A stretch of 64,000 nt of DNA. Source: an uncultured Alphaproteobacteria bacterium (GTDB lineage: Bacteria; Pseudomonadota; Alphaproteobacteria; CAAHEQ01; UBA3637). Positions 17,238-28,031 of this stretch are shown in pieces. The stretch is taken from the NCBI GenBank assembly GCA_934234055.1, contig CAKQGY010000003.1, forward strand, positions 21,142-85,141, written 5' to 3'. Positions within the stretch are counted from its first letter, which is position 1; each line of letters opens with the position of its first letter. The position numbers were made by a program, and so were the translations under genes. Under the pieces are notes generated by a model. That model made no database searches, had not been told where the DNA came from, and worked only from the letters and a program-made list of their open reading frames with translations.

Positions 17238-17315
17238 GAGGAGGGATGGTTAGAGGTAGGTCCGAGGGTGCGCAGTGTAATGACAGGAGAGTGCGACGGT
17301 GGAGCGGAGGGAAGG

Positions 17316-17771
17316 CTATTTGAGGCGTTTGGATTGGAAAAAGGTGGTGAGCAGGGCGCCGCAGAGGTCGGCGTGAATGCCGCCTTGGACCGGAATCTTG
17401 TGGTGCGTTTGCGGGTGGGTGAAAACAGCGGGACCTTGACAGACGGCGCCGGTCTTGGGATCATAGGCTCCGAAATACAGGGCATCCAATCTGGCCCACG
17501 CAATCGCGCCCGCGCACATTGTGCAGGGCTCGGCCGTGACGAATAACGAATAACCCGTCAGCCTTTTCTGTCCCGTCAATTCACAAGCCCGGTGAATCGC
17601 CAGAATCTCGGCATGCGCCAAAGGATCGTGGCGGGCTTCGGTCTCGTTATGCGCCCGGGCAATGATAGCACCGGTGGTGCTGTCAAAAATGATGGCCCCG
17701 ATCGGGACTTCGTCGGCAGCAGCTGCGGATTGTGCCAGTTCGTAAGCGCGATTAAAAATGGTTTCATTCAT
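17316..17771 (-). CDS. tadA: tRNA-specific adenosine deaminase
   Basis: HAEILAI...PCTMCAGAI zinc-binding deaminase motifs. Confidence 0.85.
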   Translation of the reverse strand: MNETIFNRAYELAQSAAAADEVPIGAIIFDSTTGAIIARAHNETEARHDPLAHAEILAIHRACELTGQKRLTGYSLFVTAEPCTMCAGAIAWARLDALYFGAYDPKTGAVCQGPAVFTHPQTHHKIPVQGGIHADLCGALLTTFFQSKRLK

Positions 17772-17815
17772 CTTTTTGCTTTCCTTTTGGTTTGTTTTGT
17801 TATAATATACTATTT

Positions 17816-18529
17816 ATGACAGAAAAGAAAGAGCGAATTGCAAAAATAATGGCAGCGGCGGGGCTGTGCTCACGGCGGGAGGCCGAAAAACGGATTGAAC
17901 AAGGGCGCGTGGTCGTGAACGGCGAGACCCTGAAAACACCGGCGTGCGTGGTGGGCCCGGGGGATACGGTGCTGGTGGACGGAAAACCCCTGGGGCAAAA
18001 GCAGGCGCGGCGGCTGTGGTGCTATCATAAACCCGCGGGCTGTATTACGACAAATCGCGATCCTCAAGGGCGCAAAACAATCTTTGAACAACTGCCGCCC
18101 ACGCTGCCGCGTGTGGTGACGGTGGGACGGTTGGACTTTAACTCGGAGGGGTTGCTGCTGTTGACGACGGACGGGGGATTGGCACGGGAACTGGAACTGC
18201 CGGCGCGGGGGTGGAAACGCAAATACCGCGTGCGCGTGCATGGCAAAATCACAGCGGAAATCGTGGGGCGCCTGAACAAAGGAGTCAAAATTGACGGCGT
18301 GGCCTATGCGCCCTGTCAGATTGAAGTGGAGCGTGAACAGGGGACGAATACTTGGGTGCTGATGACCCTGACGGAAGGGAAAAATCGCGAAATTCGCAAA
18401 ATGATGGCGTTTTTCGGACTGCCGGTGACGCGCTTGATCCGCGTGTCATATGGGCCGTTCCAGCTGGGGAATCTGCCGCCCGGGGAAGTGCGCGAAATAC
18501 CGCCCAAGACTTTGCAGGGGCTGATATGA
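17816..18529 (+). CDS. rRNA pseudouridine synthase (RsuA/RluB family) with N-terminal S4 domain
   Basis: S4 motif RIAKIMAAAGLCSRREAEKRIEQGRVVVNG and catalytic GRLDFNSEGLLLLT. Confidence 0.8.
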   Translation: MTEKKERIAKIMAAAGLCSRREAEKRIEQGRVVVNGETLKTPACVVGPGDTVLVDGKPLGQKQARRLWCYHKPAGCITTNRDPQGRKTIFEQLPPTLPRVVTVGRLDFNSEGLLLLTTDGGLARELELPARGWKRKYRVRVHGKITAEIVGRLNKGVKIDGVAYAPCQIEVEREQGTNTWVLMTLTEGKNREIRKMMAFFGLPVTRLIRVSYGPFQLGNLPPGEVREIPPKTLQGLI

Positions 18530-19077
18530 GAATTATTGCGGGGCGGTGGCGCGGCAAAAAAATAGAAGCTCCGGCGGGGGCGGGCACACGACCCACCAGC
18601 GACCGGGCACGGGAAATGATCTTTAATGTGCTGATGTCCCTGTTCCTGAAAGCCGGCAAACGGTGGGAGAATATGACTTTCGCCGATGTGTTCGCGGGAT
18701 CGGGTGCCGTGGGGATAGAAGCCCTGTCGCGCGGGGCAAAGGAAGTGATATGCCTGGAAAACGGACGGGAAGCGCGGGCGTGCCTGGCGCGTAATATCGA
18801 AGGCTTGGCCGGAATCCGAAATATCGGGGACGCGATGACTGTGCCGGCGCATGATCCGGTTGATGTGCTGTTTATGGATGCGCCGTATGGGCAGGGTCTG
18901 TGGCAACGGGCGGCAGGGGCTTTGACCGCGCAGGGGTGGATCGGTGATGAAACCCTGATAATCGTGGAAATGGATCGGGAGAAACCCGAAAAACTGCCTG
19001 AAAATTGGGAAGAAATACGCGCGTGTGCGGCGGGACGCAACTTGTTCAAACTGGCAAAACGGAAAAGGAGATCCTAA
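18527..19077 (+). CDS. rsmD: 16S rRNA (guanine966-N2)-methyltransferase RsmD
   Basis: MRIIAGRWRGKKI...RPTSDRAREMIFN...DVFAGSGAVGIEALSRGA is typical of RsmD. Confidence 0.8.
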
Positions 19078-19080
19078 ATC

Positions 19081-21069
19081 ATGGCTATGACAGAACAAAC
19101 TTTATTCCAAAAAATGGCAACGGCGGCCAGAATCTTGTCGGTGGATATGATTGAAAAAGCGGGCTCGGGCCACCCGGGGGCGGCGCTGGGACTGGCCGAT
19201 GTTCTGACGGTGCTGTGGAGCAAGTTTTTGCGCTTTGACGCAACGGCACCGCATTGGTGTGATCGGGATCGGTTTGTCCTGTCGGGCGGGCATGCGTCGG
19301 CACTGCTGTATAGTTTGCTTTACCTGACGGGCTATCCCGATGTGACGCGTGCGGATTTGGAATCATTTCGGCAACTGGGCAGTCGAACGGCCGGACACCC
19401 GGAAAAAACACTGCTGCAAGGGGTGGATTTTACGACGGGGCCGTTGGGGCAGGGCTTGATCGGCGCGGTGGGATTCGCGCTGGCCGAGCGGATGTTGAAT
19501 GCCCGATACGGGGACGATTTGGTCAACCATAAAACCTATGTCAGCTGCGGCGACGGGGACCTGATGGAAGGGGTATCACAGGAGGCAATCGCTTTGGCGG
19601 GACATTGGCGACTGAATCGCTTGATCGTTCTGTGGGACGATAACAAAATCACAATTGACGGGCAAACCGATATTGCCGATGATACGAATATGAAAATGCG
19701 CTTTGAGGCGTGCGGGTGGCAAGTGCTGACCTGCGACGGACATGATGAGGTGTCCATTACCAAAGCCTTGATGAAAGCGCAAAAGGCCGATCGGCCGGTG
19801 CTGATAGATTGTCGCACGATTATCGGCTATGGGGCGCCGACGAAAGCAAATACCCCCAAATGCCACGGGTCGCCCCTGGGCGCGGCGGAGGTTGTGGGGT
19901 TGCGGGAAAAACTGAACTGGCCGTATGCGCCGTTTGAGGTGCCCGAAGAAGTGCTGACGGCTTGGCGGGCGGTCGGGACAAAAGGCAATCCGGACAGAGA
20001 GGCTTGGGAAGCGCGCGTGGCCGAAAGCGACCGGGGCGTGGCGTTCCTGCACGATATAACGGGTGCGGTGCCGCCGGCGGTCGGGGAAGCATTGCGAGCC
20101 TTGAAACAAAAACTGATTCTGGAAAAACAGGCAGTGGCGACGCGTAAAGCCTCGCAAACCGTGCTGAATGCGGTGGCGGAAGTGATGCCGAACCTGATTG
20201 GCGGCTCGGCGGATTTGACGGCGGCGTGCTATACGAATACGGCCGAATCCGTGCCGGTGACGCGGCTGGATTACAGCGGGAACTATATCAATTACGGCAT
20301 TCGGGAAATGGGCATGGCCGGTGTGATGAACGGCTTGGCCGCGCATGGCGGATTTGTGCCCTATGGCGGGACATTTTTGTCTTTTGTGGACTATATGAAA
20401 CCGGCGGTGCGGTTGGCAGCGTTGATGAACCTGCGCGAAATTTTTGTGCTGACGCATGACTCGCTGGGGGTCGGGGAAGACGGTCCGACGCATCAGCCGA
20501 TCTCACAACTGACGAACCTGAGGGCGACACCGAACCTGTATGTGTTTCGCCCTGCCGACAGCGTGGAAACGGCCGAATGCTATGAGCTGGCCCTGAACCG
20601 CGCGGACGGGCCGTCGGTGATGGCTTTGTCGCGGCAGGCTCTGCCGGTGGTGCGCGAATCGGCCGACGAAAACCGATCGGCGCAGGGGGCCTATGTGCTG
20701 TATGAGCCGGCCGAAGAACGGCAAGCCACGATTATCGCAACGGGATCGGAGGTGGCTTTGGCGTTGGCGGCCAAAGACTTACTGGCGGCGCAAGGGGTGG
20801 CTGTGGCGGTGGTGTCGATGCCGTGTATGAAATTATTTGAACAGACGGAAAAATCTTATCAGGAAGCCGTGCTGGGGAATGTGCCGCGTGTGATCGTTGA
20901 GGCCGGAGCCACCTGGGGTTGGGATCGCTATGTGGGGGCCGCCGGTGGCACGGTGATCGGTATGGAAACCTTTGGCGCGTCAGGGAAAGGCAGTGAGGTG
21001 TTGGCGCACTTCGGCTTTACACCCGAGCATGTGGCCGAGGTGGTGACGACCTATGTGCGAGGCAGGTAA
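19081..21069 (+). CDS. tkt: Transketolase
   Basis: TPP-binding GHPG and GDGDLMEG motifs. Full length, 662 aa. Confidence 0.95.
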   Translation: MAMTEQTLFQKMATAARILSVDMIEKAGSGHPGAALGLADVLTVLWSKFLRFDATAPHWCDRDRFVLSGGHASALLYSLLYLTGYPDVTRADLESFRQLGSRTAGHPEKTLLQGVDFTTGPLGQGLIGAVGFALAERMLNARYGDDLVNHKTYVSCGDGDLMEGVSQEAIALAGHWRLNRLIVLWDDNKITIDGQTDIADDTNMKMRFEACGWQVLTCDGHDEVSITKALMKAQKADRPVLIDCRTIIGYGAPTKANTPKCHGSPLGAAEVVGLREKLNWPYAPFEVPEEVLTAWRAVGTKGNPDREAWEARVAESDRGVAFLHDITGAVPPAVGEALRALKQKLILEKQAVATRKASQTVLNAVAEVMPNLIGGSADLTAACYTNTAESVPVTRLDYSGNYINYGIREMGMAGVMNGLAAHGGFVPYGGTFLSFVDYMKPAVRLAALMNLREIFVLTHDSLGVGEDGPTHQPISQLTNLRATPNLYVFRPADSVETAECYELALNRADGPSVMALSRQALPVVRESADENRSAQGAYVLYEPAEERQATIIATGSEVALALAAKDLLAAQGVAVAVVSMPCMKLFEQTEKSYQEAVLGNVPRVIVEAGATWGWDRYVGAAGGTVIGMETFGASGKGSEVLAHFGFTPEHVAEVVTTYVRGR

Positions 21070-22436
21070 ATACAGAAAATCGTTCCGTCGCGGCGGGTGC
21101 TGGTGACATCAATAATCCCGCCGTGGTTGTGCACGATTTGTTGAACAATTCCCAGACCCAGGCCGGTGCCTTCTATGTGGCGATTTTCAATCGAATTGAC
21201 ACGATAAAAACGATTAAACAGCTTGTCTAAATGACGAGGCGCGATGGGGTGTCCTTGATTTTGAACCGACAGCGCAATGGCGGGTTTGTGTGCGTCGCGC
21301 GGGGTTGGGAAAGTGGTCGGATACAGGCGCACCGTAATCGTTGACTTGGGTGAGCTGTATTTGATGGCGTTGTCTATCAGGTTTTGCAGCATATGTGCCA
21401 TTTCTTCGCGGTTGCCGATAAAGGGCGGAACGGGTGGTGTGGCGCGAAAGACAATGCGTTTGTGATTCTGAATTGCTTTATTTTGAAAATCGTGTAAAAC
21501 CGATTGCACCAAAGCCCCCAGATCAAAGGTATCCTGCATCACGGATTCGTCCATCATTTGGCGACGCGACAGTTGTAAAAGTTTTTGCACCAGTTGGGAC
21601 ATACGGGCCACCTGTTCGCCCATCATACCCAGGAACTGATCGCGGGCGGATTCGTCGTTGCGGGCGGGGCCTTGCAGTGTTTCAACAAATCCGGAAATAA
21701 TGGATAGCGGGGTTTTGAGTTCGTGGCTGGCGTTGGCAAAAAATTCTATTTGCTGTTCGCGAAAGCGCTTGAACGGCGTAATGTCATGCAAAGTGAGAAC
21801 CGCGATTGCGCCGTTGCGGGTCTGGGCAGGCAGGTGATCCAGGCGGACTTGGAACGAATAAGTCTGATGCGCGCGGGTAAAGTCCCACTCAAACCATTCG
21901 GTTGCGCTTTTCTCGGATAGGACGGATTGCAGAGAACGCCGAAATTTGGAACCGCGGAACAGGTGCGTGATGGGTTTGCCCAAATGAGTTTTTCCGAATG
22001 AGATGCGGGCCTGATGATTCATAAAAACCAGCGTGCCGGCCTGATCTATCATGAGTAGCGGATCGGGCAGAGTCTCTAAAATGCGAGCCTCGGACAGGGT
22101 TTGACTGAGCCACCGGTTTTTGACGGATTGAAAAGTATCGGCCAGGCGTGAGGAACTGAAAATCCCCTTTTGAAAATGCGGCGGCTCTATATCCAAACCC
22201 TGAGCCAGGTTTTTCAGGTAAGTGATAAAATTTTCCAACTCGTGAAACACAGACGAGGTGATGAGAGTCGCCACTACGACCACAATCAACAGCAATAACC
22301 CCGCAGAAAGAAATGAGATCTTGCCGAATAAAAGAAGTGCCGCCAAGATAATCGCAGCCGGCATACTGATAATCCAGCCGCGGGCTATGGCACGAAAAAA
22401 ACGAAAAATGTGTTTTGGCTCTTTCTTTTTTGACAT
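21051..22436 (-). CDS. Sensor histidine kinase (TM + PAS + HisKA + HATPase), orphan
   Basis: H-box SHELKTPL and G-boxes GTGLGL. No adjacent response regulator. The 3' end overlaps tkt by 19 bp, convergently. Confidence 0.8.
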   Translation of the reverse strand: MSKKKEPKHIFRFFRAIARGWIISMPAAIILAALLLFGKISFLSAGLLLLIVVVVATLITSSVFHELENFITYLKNLAQGLDIEPPHFQKGIFSSSRLADTFQSVKNRWLSQTLSEARILETLPDPLLMIDQAGTLVFMNHQARISFGKTHLGKPITHLFRGSKFRRSLQSVLSEKSATEWFEWDFTRAHQTYSFQVRLDHLPAQTRNGAIAVLTLHDITPFKRFREQQIEFFANASHELKTPLSIISGFVETLQGPARNDESARDQFLGMMGEQVARMSQLVQKLLQLSRRQMMDESVMQDTFDLGALVQSVLHDFQNKAIQNHKRIVFRATPPVPPFIGNREEMAHMLQNLIDNAIKYSSPKSTITVRLYPTTFPTPRDAHKPAIALSVQNQGHPIAPRHLDKLFNRFYRVNSIENRHIEGTGLGLGIVQQIVHNHGGIIDVTSTRRDGTIFCIYLPRT

Positions 22437-22477
22437 AAATCTAGTATAATACGAAAAAATAAAAAAAGGAAGAAAAA

Positions 22478-25102
22478 ATGTCAGAAAATAAATTGACTCC
22501 GATGTTGAAGCAATACTATGATGTGAAAAATCAATATCCGGATTGCTTGTTGTTCTATCGGATGGGGGATTTTTACGAGTTGTTCTTTGACGATGCCAAA
22601 GTGGCCTCCAAAGTGCTGGATATTGTTTTGACCGATAAGAATCATAACAAACCAGGCGATCCGTTGCCGATGTGCGGCGTGCCCTATCACGCGTATGAAA
22701 GTTATCTGGTGAAGTTGGTGCGAGCCGGATTCAGAGTGGCAATTTGTGAGCAAATGGAAAATCCGGCCGAGGCTAAAAAACGCGGATCCGGTGCCGTGGT
22801 GCGGCGCGAAGTAATTCGGGTGGTGACGCCGGGAACTTTGACGGAAGATGCTTTGTTGCAGGCGAATGCACATAACTATTTGGCCAGCCTGGTGCAAGGG
22901 GCAACGGGGTTGGCTCTGGCGTGGGTGGATATGTCCACGGGCGATTTTTGTGTGCAAACCTTGGATAAAAGTGCGTTGGCGTCGGTGCTGGCGCGATTGG
23001 AACCGTCGGAAATCCTGGTGGCACGAGGAACGGCCGAGAGGAATCCGGATCTGCTGTATCATCAAGACGGAATAACGACTTTGGATGACGACATATTCCT
23101 GTATGCCGCGCAACAGGAAAAAATGACCGCTTTTTTGGATAAGCACGGGTTGCTGTCGACCCTTTACGATAAGGTGGAATTGACCGCGGCAGGGGTGCTG
23201 TTGTCCTATATTCTGGAAACGCAAAAGGGCACGATGCCTCAATTACAAGGGCTGCTGAAAATCCACCCGGAGCACTATATGGAAATTGATCCGTCGACCC
23301 GGCGGAGTCTGGAATTGACACACGCGCTGTCATACGAGCGGGGCGGAAAAAGCCTGTTGTCGGTGATGGCACGCACGATCACGGGCGCGGGCGGGCGTAT
23401 GCTGGCGGGACGGTTGGCGGCGCCGCTGGTGGATTTGAAAATGATAGAAGATCGGTTGGAACAAGTGGCGTTCTTTGTCCAAAATCCCGATGTGCGCGAA
23501 ATGGTGCGCGGGCACCTGAAAGAAGTGCCGGATATTGAACGGGCTTTGTCGCGCCTGTCGGTCGGACGCGGCGGGCCGAAAGATGTATTGGGGATTGCGT
23601 GGGGTCTACAAAAAATACCGGCGATTCGTATGGCGGTGCAAGGAACCGGCGTGCCCGATCCGTTGACGCGATGCTTGCTGTGCATGGGGGAACATACGGG
23701 GTTGGTGTCCAAAATCACGGACTGTATTAAGCCTGATGCACCGGTGATGGCTCGCGACGGCAATGTGATCCGAGAGGGCTTTTCGGCCGAGTTGGATGAT
23801 CTGAGAAATATCAAAGAAAATGCCAAGCAGTTGTTGGCGCAAATGCAGGCTAAATACTGCGAAAAAACAAAAATACCGAACTTGAAAATTGCGTTTAATA
23901 ACCTGATCGGCTATTATGTGGAAGTGCCGGCCAAGTTCGCAAATCCCTTGTTCAAACATCCGGAATGGGGCTTTGTGCACCGGCAAAGTATGCTGAACTG
24001 CGTGCGCTTTACAACAACGGAATTAAGCACATTGGCCGGGAAAATCGTCAACGCGGATACCGAGGCTTTGAACCTGGAACTGCGGCTGTTTGAAGAACTG
24101 CGCGGGTTTGTTTTGACGCAAGCGGACGCTTTGTTTGAAGCAGCAGCGGGGTTGGCTGAAATTGATGTGGCGACGGCGCTGGCGAAACTGGCAGAGGAAA
24201 ATCATTGGGTGCGCCCCGAAATGACCAGCGGACTGGACTTTGACATTCGCGGCGGACGCCATCCGGTGGTGGAAGAAGCCTTGAAAGCCGAGCATACACC
24301 GTTCGTGCCGAATGATTGCGAACTGGGCAGTGAAGAAAATCGACTGTGGTTGCTGACGGGGCCGAATATGGCCGGGAAAAGCACCTTTTTACGCCAAAAT
24401 GCGTTGATCGTCGTGATGGCACAAATGGGATCGTTTGTGCCGGCGGAATATGCCAAAATCGGGTTGGTGGATAAACTGTTCTCACGCGTCGGAGCCAGCG
24501 ATGATTTGGCCCGCGGGCGCTCGACTTTTATGGTAGAAATGGTGGAAGTGGCGACAATCTTGTCCGGTGCGACCGAGCGATCGTTGGTGATCTTGGACGA
24601 AGTGGGGCGCGGCACGGCGACCTTTGACGGGCTGTCGCTGGCGTGGGCGGTGGTGGAATACCTGAGGCAGGAAAACAAATGCCGGGGGCTGTTTGCCACG
24701 CACTATCATGAATTGACGGCTTTGGCAAACCGGTTGGAAGGAGTGACACTGCACACCATGCGCGTGAAAGAATGGCAGGGCGACATTGTTTTCCTGCACG
24801 AAATCGGCGACGGCGCAACGGATCGATCCTATGGGATTCATGTGGCAAAATTGGCGGGATTGCCGGCGACGGTGCTGGATCGTGCCTCGGCGGTGTTGGC
24901 GCAACTGGAAGAAAAAAAACAAGAGCAAAAACCTTTGTTTGACGATTTGCCCTTGTTTTCGGCAGCGGCGCGTCCTACATATCAAAGTAGGCAGAGCGAA
25001 GTTGAAAAAATCTTGGATGAAACCGAAGCGGATCTGCTGTCTCCGCGGGAGGCGTTGGATTTGGTCTATAAGTTAAAAGCAATGGTTAAGGAGAAAAAAT
25101 AA
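22478..25102 (+). CDS. mutS: DNA mismatch repair protein MutS
   Basis: Walker [10 protein letters not shown] and full MutS domains. 874 aa. Confidence 0.95.
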   Translation: MSENKLTPMLKQYYDVKNQYPDCLLFYRMGDFYELFFDDAKVASKVLDIVLTDKNHNKPGDPLPMCGVPYHAYESYLVKLVRAGFRVAICEQMENPAEAKKRGSGAVVRREVIRVVTPGTLTEDALLQANAHNYLASLVQGATGLALAWVDMSTGDFCVQTLDKSALASVLARLEPSEILVARGTAERNPDLLYHQDGITTLDDDIFLYAAQQEKMTAFLDKHGLLSTLYDKVELTAAGVLLSYILETQKGTMPQLQGLLKIHPEHYMEIDPSTRRSLELTHALSYERGGKSLLSVMARTITGAGGRMLAGRLAAPLVDLKMIEDRLEQVAFFVQNPDVREMVRGHLKEVPDIERALSRLSVGRGGPKDVLGIAWGLQKIPAIRMAVQGTGVPDPLTRCLLCMGEHTGLVSKITDCIKPDAPVMARDGNVIREGFSAELDDLRNIKENAKQLLAQMQAKYCEKTKIPNLKIAFNNLIGYYVEVPAKFANPLFKHPEWGFVHRQSMLNCVRFTTTELSTLAGKIVNADTEALNLELRLFEELRGFVLTQADALFEAAAGLAEIDVATALAKLAEENHWVRPEMTSGLDFDIRGGRHPVVEEALKAEHTPFVPNDCELGSEENRLWLLTGPNMAGKSTFLRQNALIVVMAQMGSFVPAEYAKIGLVDKLFSRVGASDDLARGRSTFMVEMVEVATILSGATERSLVILDEVGRGTATFDGLSLAWAVVEYLRQENKCRGLFATHYHELTALANRLEGVTLHTMRVKEWQGDIVFLHEIGDGATDRSYGIHVAKLAGLPATVLDRASAVLAQLEEKKQEQKPLFDDLPLFSAAARPTYQSRQSEVEKILDETEADLLSPREALDLVYKLKAMVKEKK

Positions 25103-25360
25103 ATGCCGATTGTGCAACTGATAATCTCGGCCGCGGTGGCGGTGCTGTTTTTAATGGCGTTCTTTGTCGTGGCGTGGTATGTGGTGGTGCCTCTGATCAT
25201 TATATGGGCGATTTGGACGGGGGTGCAGGTGTTGCTGTATCACTGGCGGGTTCGGTCCGGCACACCCTCTGACGGGGGCGAAACGGTGCGCCTGTGGTAT
25301 CGGCGACGGCGCAAAAAACAGGCAACCGTGATTGATGCGGAATACTCGGAAATCAAATAA
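25103..25360 (+). CDS. Small hypothetical membrane protein
   Basis: Two predicted TM helices. The start overlaps the mutS stop (ATAAATG). Confidence 0.4.
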   Translation: MPIVQLIISAAVAVLFLMAFFVVAWYVVVPLIIIWAIWTGVQVLLYHWRVRSGTPSDGGETVRLWYRRRRKKQATVIDAEYSEIK

Positions 25361-25430
25361 AAAGACTTGTAATTTGAAAAAAAGTCCGCTATAACACAAA
25401 TAAATAACCATATAACAAAAGGAGTTTAAA

Positions 25431-26165
25431 ATGGGATTTGATATGGAAAATCGGCGCTTTGACGCCATTGAAAAAGCCGATTCGGGGCTGGAAGCCTACT
25501 TTCGGAAAATATACGCGTATGTGGCGGGCGGATTGGGCCTGTCGGCGTTGGCGGCCTGGGCCGTGATTCAACCGGCGTTTTTGCGCCTGATGTATCGGAT
25601 GGGAAATGATGGGGTTTTGGAACCGTCGCTGTTGAGCTGGATTGTGCTGTTTGCGCCGTTCGGTTTAATCTTTGCCATGCGGTCGGCCGCACGCAAGCAA
25701 AATGTCGGTATGATGCAGGGGCTGTTCTGGTTGTTCTCGGCCCTGATGGGGTTGTCGTTGGGGAGTGTGGCTTTGACCTATACAAGTGAATCGATGTTGC
25801 AGGCGTTTTTGATGACGGCGGCGATCTTTGCGGGTATGAGCCTGTATGGCTATACGACGGGGCGGTCGCTGGCCAGTTGGGGCAGCTTTTTGATGGTGGG
25901 GCTGATCGGCCTGATTATCGCGGGACTGGTGAATATCTTTTTGAAATCGTCGGCGTTGGCATTCGGGCTGGATGTAATCTGCTTGTTCGTGTTTTTGGGG
26001 CTGACGGCCTATGACACGCAAAAGCTGAAACTGATGTATCAAAACGCCGAAGAGACAGGCGAGTCGCTGCATACCGTGGTGATTTCGGGTGCGTTGGAGT
26101 TGTATTTGGACTTTTTGAATATGTTCCTGGCCTTGTTGTCGTTGATTGGCGGGAGAAAAAAATAA
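25431..26165 (+). CDS. Bax inhibitor-1/YccA family membrane protein
   Basis: Seven hydrophobic segments and the typical BI-1 C-terminal region. Confidence 0.7.
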   Translation: MGFDMENRRFDAIEKADSGLEAYFRKIYAYVAGGLGLSALAAWAVIQPAFLRLMYRMGNDGVLEPSLLSWIVLFAPFGLIFAMRSAARKQNVGMMQGLFWLFSALMGLSLGSVALTYTSESMLQAFLMTAAIFAGMSLYGYTTGRSLASWGSFLMVGLIGLIIAGLVNIFLKSSALAFGLDVICLFVFLGLTAYDTQKLKLMYQNAEETGESLHTVVISGALELYLDFLNMFLALLSLIGGRKK

Positions 26166-26167
26166 AT

Positions 26168-26761
26168 ATGAAAAAATATATTGCGATTGTGGCGCTGGGA
26201 TTAGGGTTGTGCCAAGGGGCGGCCGCCGCCGATGTGAGTGCCGTGCGGACGCTGGGGACGGCCGGGAAAAATACCGTGTATGTCTTTACCTCGCCGGCGT
26301 GCCCGCACTGTGCAACCTATCACGCCGAGATTCTGCCGGTGCTGAAAAAAGAACTGGCCGATACGGGGCTGGCGCAAATCAAACTGGTTGATGTGCCGGG
26401 GGATAAACGATCCCTGGCGGCGTCGGCTTTGGGGCGGTGCTTGGACGATGCACAGTATGAAACCTATATGCGGGCGGTCTATGACAACCAGGCGGATTGG
26501 GCCTATGGTGAGGCGGATTATCAAGCACTGCTGAAAGGCTATGCGACGGCGGCGGGGTTGGATTCGGCCACGGCGGACAAATGCTTGAACGATGAAAAAC
26601 TGCGCGAAACGGTGTGGGAACAACGCACGCAAATGGCCGGAAAATATAAAATCTCGGGACTACCCTCTACGGTGGTGGTGCAAGGAATAAAACGCAAAAT
26701 GTTTGTCGGTGCAGATGATCGGCAAATACCTGAAATTAAAAAACTTTTCAAATTACAATGA
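26168..26761 (+). CDS. DsbA-like thiol:disulfide oxidoreductase
   Basis: Signal peptide and thioredoxin CPHC active site. Confidence 0.65.
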   Translation: MKKYIAIVALGLGLCQGAAAADVSAVRTLGTAGKNTVYVFTSPACPHCATYHAEILPVLKKELADTGLAQIKLVDVPGDKRSLAASALGRCLDDAQYETYMRAVYDNQADWAYGEADYQALLKGYATAAGLDSATADKCLNDEKLRETVWEQRTQMAGKYKISGLPSTVVVQGIKRKMFVGADDRQIPEIKKLFKLQ

Positions 26762-27045
26762 GCGAAAAAACAGACCGGTTGCATCAAGATATTCAAGCAA
26801 TGAAACAAAAAACGCGGCAGCCCGCCGGGCTGGGACGTGGGGCGAATGACTATAATGTAGCCTTGACAATTATGACGGATTTGTTGGGGAATATCTTTAT
26901 CGGGTGCGCGATCGGGCTGTGTCTGCAATGGCTGTTTCAGACCAGCGTGCTGTTGACGGCGGGGTTGACCCTGTTGGGCGGTGTGAGCGGGCTGTATACT
27001 ACGGTGCGCTATGGTTTGCGGCAAGAAAGGAAACGGCAGCCATGA
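26758..27045 (+). CDS. atpI: ATP synthase protein I-like (AtpI/AtpZ)
   Basis: Small two-TM protein immediately upstream of atpB. Confidence 0.55.
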   Translation: MSEKTDRLHQDIQAMKQKTRQPAGLGRGANDYNVALTIMTDLLGNIFIGCAIGLCLQWLFQTSVLLTAGLTLLGGVSGLYTTVRYGLRQERKRQP

Positions 27046-27764
27046 ACCCGATGCATCAATTTACGGTTAAAAATTGGGTGCCGCTGACATGGTGGGGGCT
27101 GGATTTTTCGTTCACGAACGCGGCGCTGTTTATGGTGCTGGCGTCGGTGCTGGGGGCACTGATTCTGTGGTGTCTGATGAAACCGCAGCGTCTGATTCCC
27201 ACGACGGGGCAAGCACTGGTGGAAGCCCTGTATCGCTTTATCGTGGCGACGGCGCGCGATACGATCGGCGAGAAGTATAAATCATATATTCCCTTTATTT
27301 TCAGCGTGTTCGTGCTGATTTTTATGGGGAATTTGTTGGGTCTGTTTCCGTATGGATTTACTTTTACCAGCCAACTGGCACCGGTGGGGGCATTTGCCCT
27401 GTTGGGGTTGGTCGTGTCGGCGGGTGTCGGGATTTATCATCAGAAAATCAAATGGTTCCGCACATTTTTGCCCAGTGGGATTCCACTGGTCCTGGCGCCG
27501 ATCGTCGTGCCGATTGAGCTGATTTCGTTTATCGCCAAGCCGTTCAGCCTGACCGTGCGATTGGTGATGAATATGGTGGTGGGGCATATCTTGCTGAAAA
27601 TTTTGGCGGGGTTTGTGTTCACATCGGGATTGGCGGGTGTGTTCCCGCTGGTCTTTGTGGCGTTGATGATCGTGTTTGAGGTGGGAATCTCGTTCCTGCA
27701 AGCCTATATCTATACCATCTTAACCAGTATCTATTTGGGGGAAGCCCTGAACGGACATGAATAA
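27042..27764 (+). CDS. atpB: F0F1 ATP synthase subunit a
   Basis: Conserved Arg in LTVRLVMNMVVGHIL. Start chosen at MNPMHQF. The track ORF begins earlier. Confidence 0.9.
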   Translation: MNPMHQFTVKNWVPLTWWGLDFSFTNAALFMVLASVLGALILWCLMKPQRLIPTTGQALVEALYRFIVATARDTIGEKYKSYIPFIFSVFVLIFMGNLLGLFPYGFTFTSQLAPVGAFALLGLVVSAGVGIYHQKIKWFRTFLPSGIPLVLAPIVVPIELISFIAKPFSLTVRLVMNMVVGHILLKILAGFVFTSGLAGVFPLVFVALMIVFEVGISFLQAYIYTILTSIYLGEALNGHE

Positions 27765-27778
27765 AAAGGAGAAAAATT

Positions 27779-28024
27779 ATGGAAAATGAAACAATGCAAT
27801 ATATCGCCGAAGCAGCTAAATATTTGTCGGTGGGGTTGATCAGCCTGGTGATGCTGGGCGTGGCAAAGGGCGTGTCGCAAATCTGGGTGACGATTATCTC
27901 GTCGGTCAGTCGCAACCCCGGCGTTAAAAATGATGTGAGCCTGTTTGCCTGGGGCGGGGCGGCCATTACCGAAGCGATTGCTCTGTATGCCTTGGGGTTG
28001 GCGATTATTATGCTGTATATGTAG
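27779..28024 (+). CDS. atpE: F0F1 ATP synthase subunit c
   Basis: Hairpin proteolipid with the conserved carboxylate (AITEAIALYALG). Confidence 0.9.
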   Translation: MENETMQYIAEAAKYLSVGLISLVMLGVAKGVSQIWVTIISSVSRNPGVKNDVSLFAWGGAAITEAIALYALGLAIIMLYM

Positions 28025-28031
28025 GCGTGTG

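Noticed and set aside
17870-19098. Minus-strand ORFs of 250-260 aa overlapping the pseudouridine synthase and rsmD
   Set aside because: These are Arg/Pro/Ser-rich shadow ORFs. The plus-strand genes carry clear catalytic motifs.
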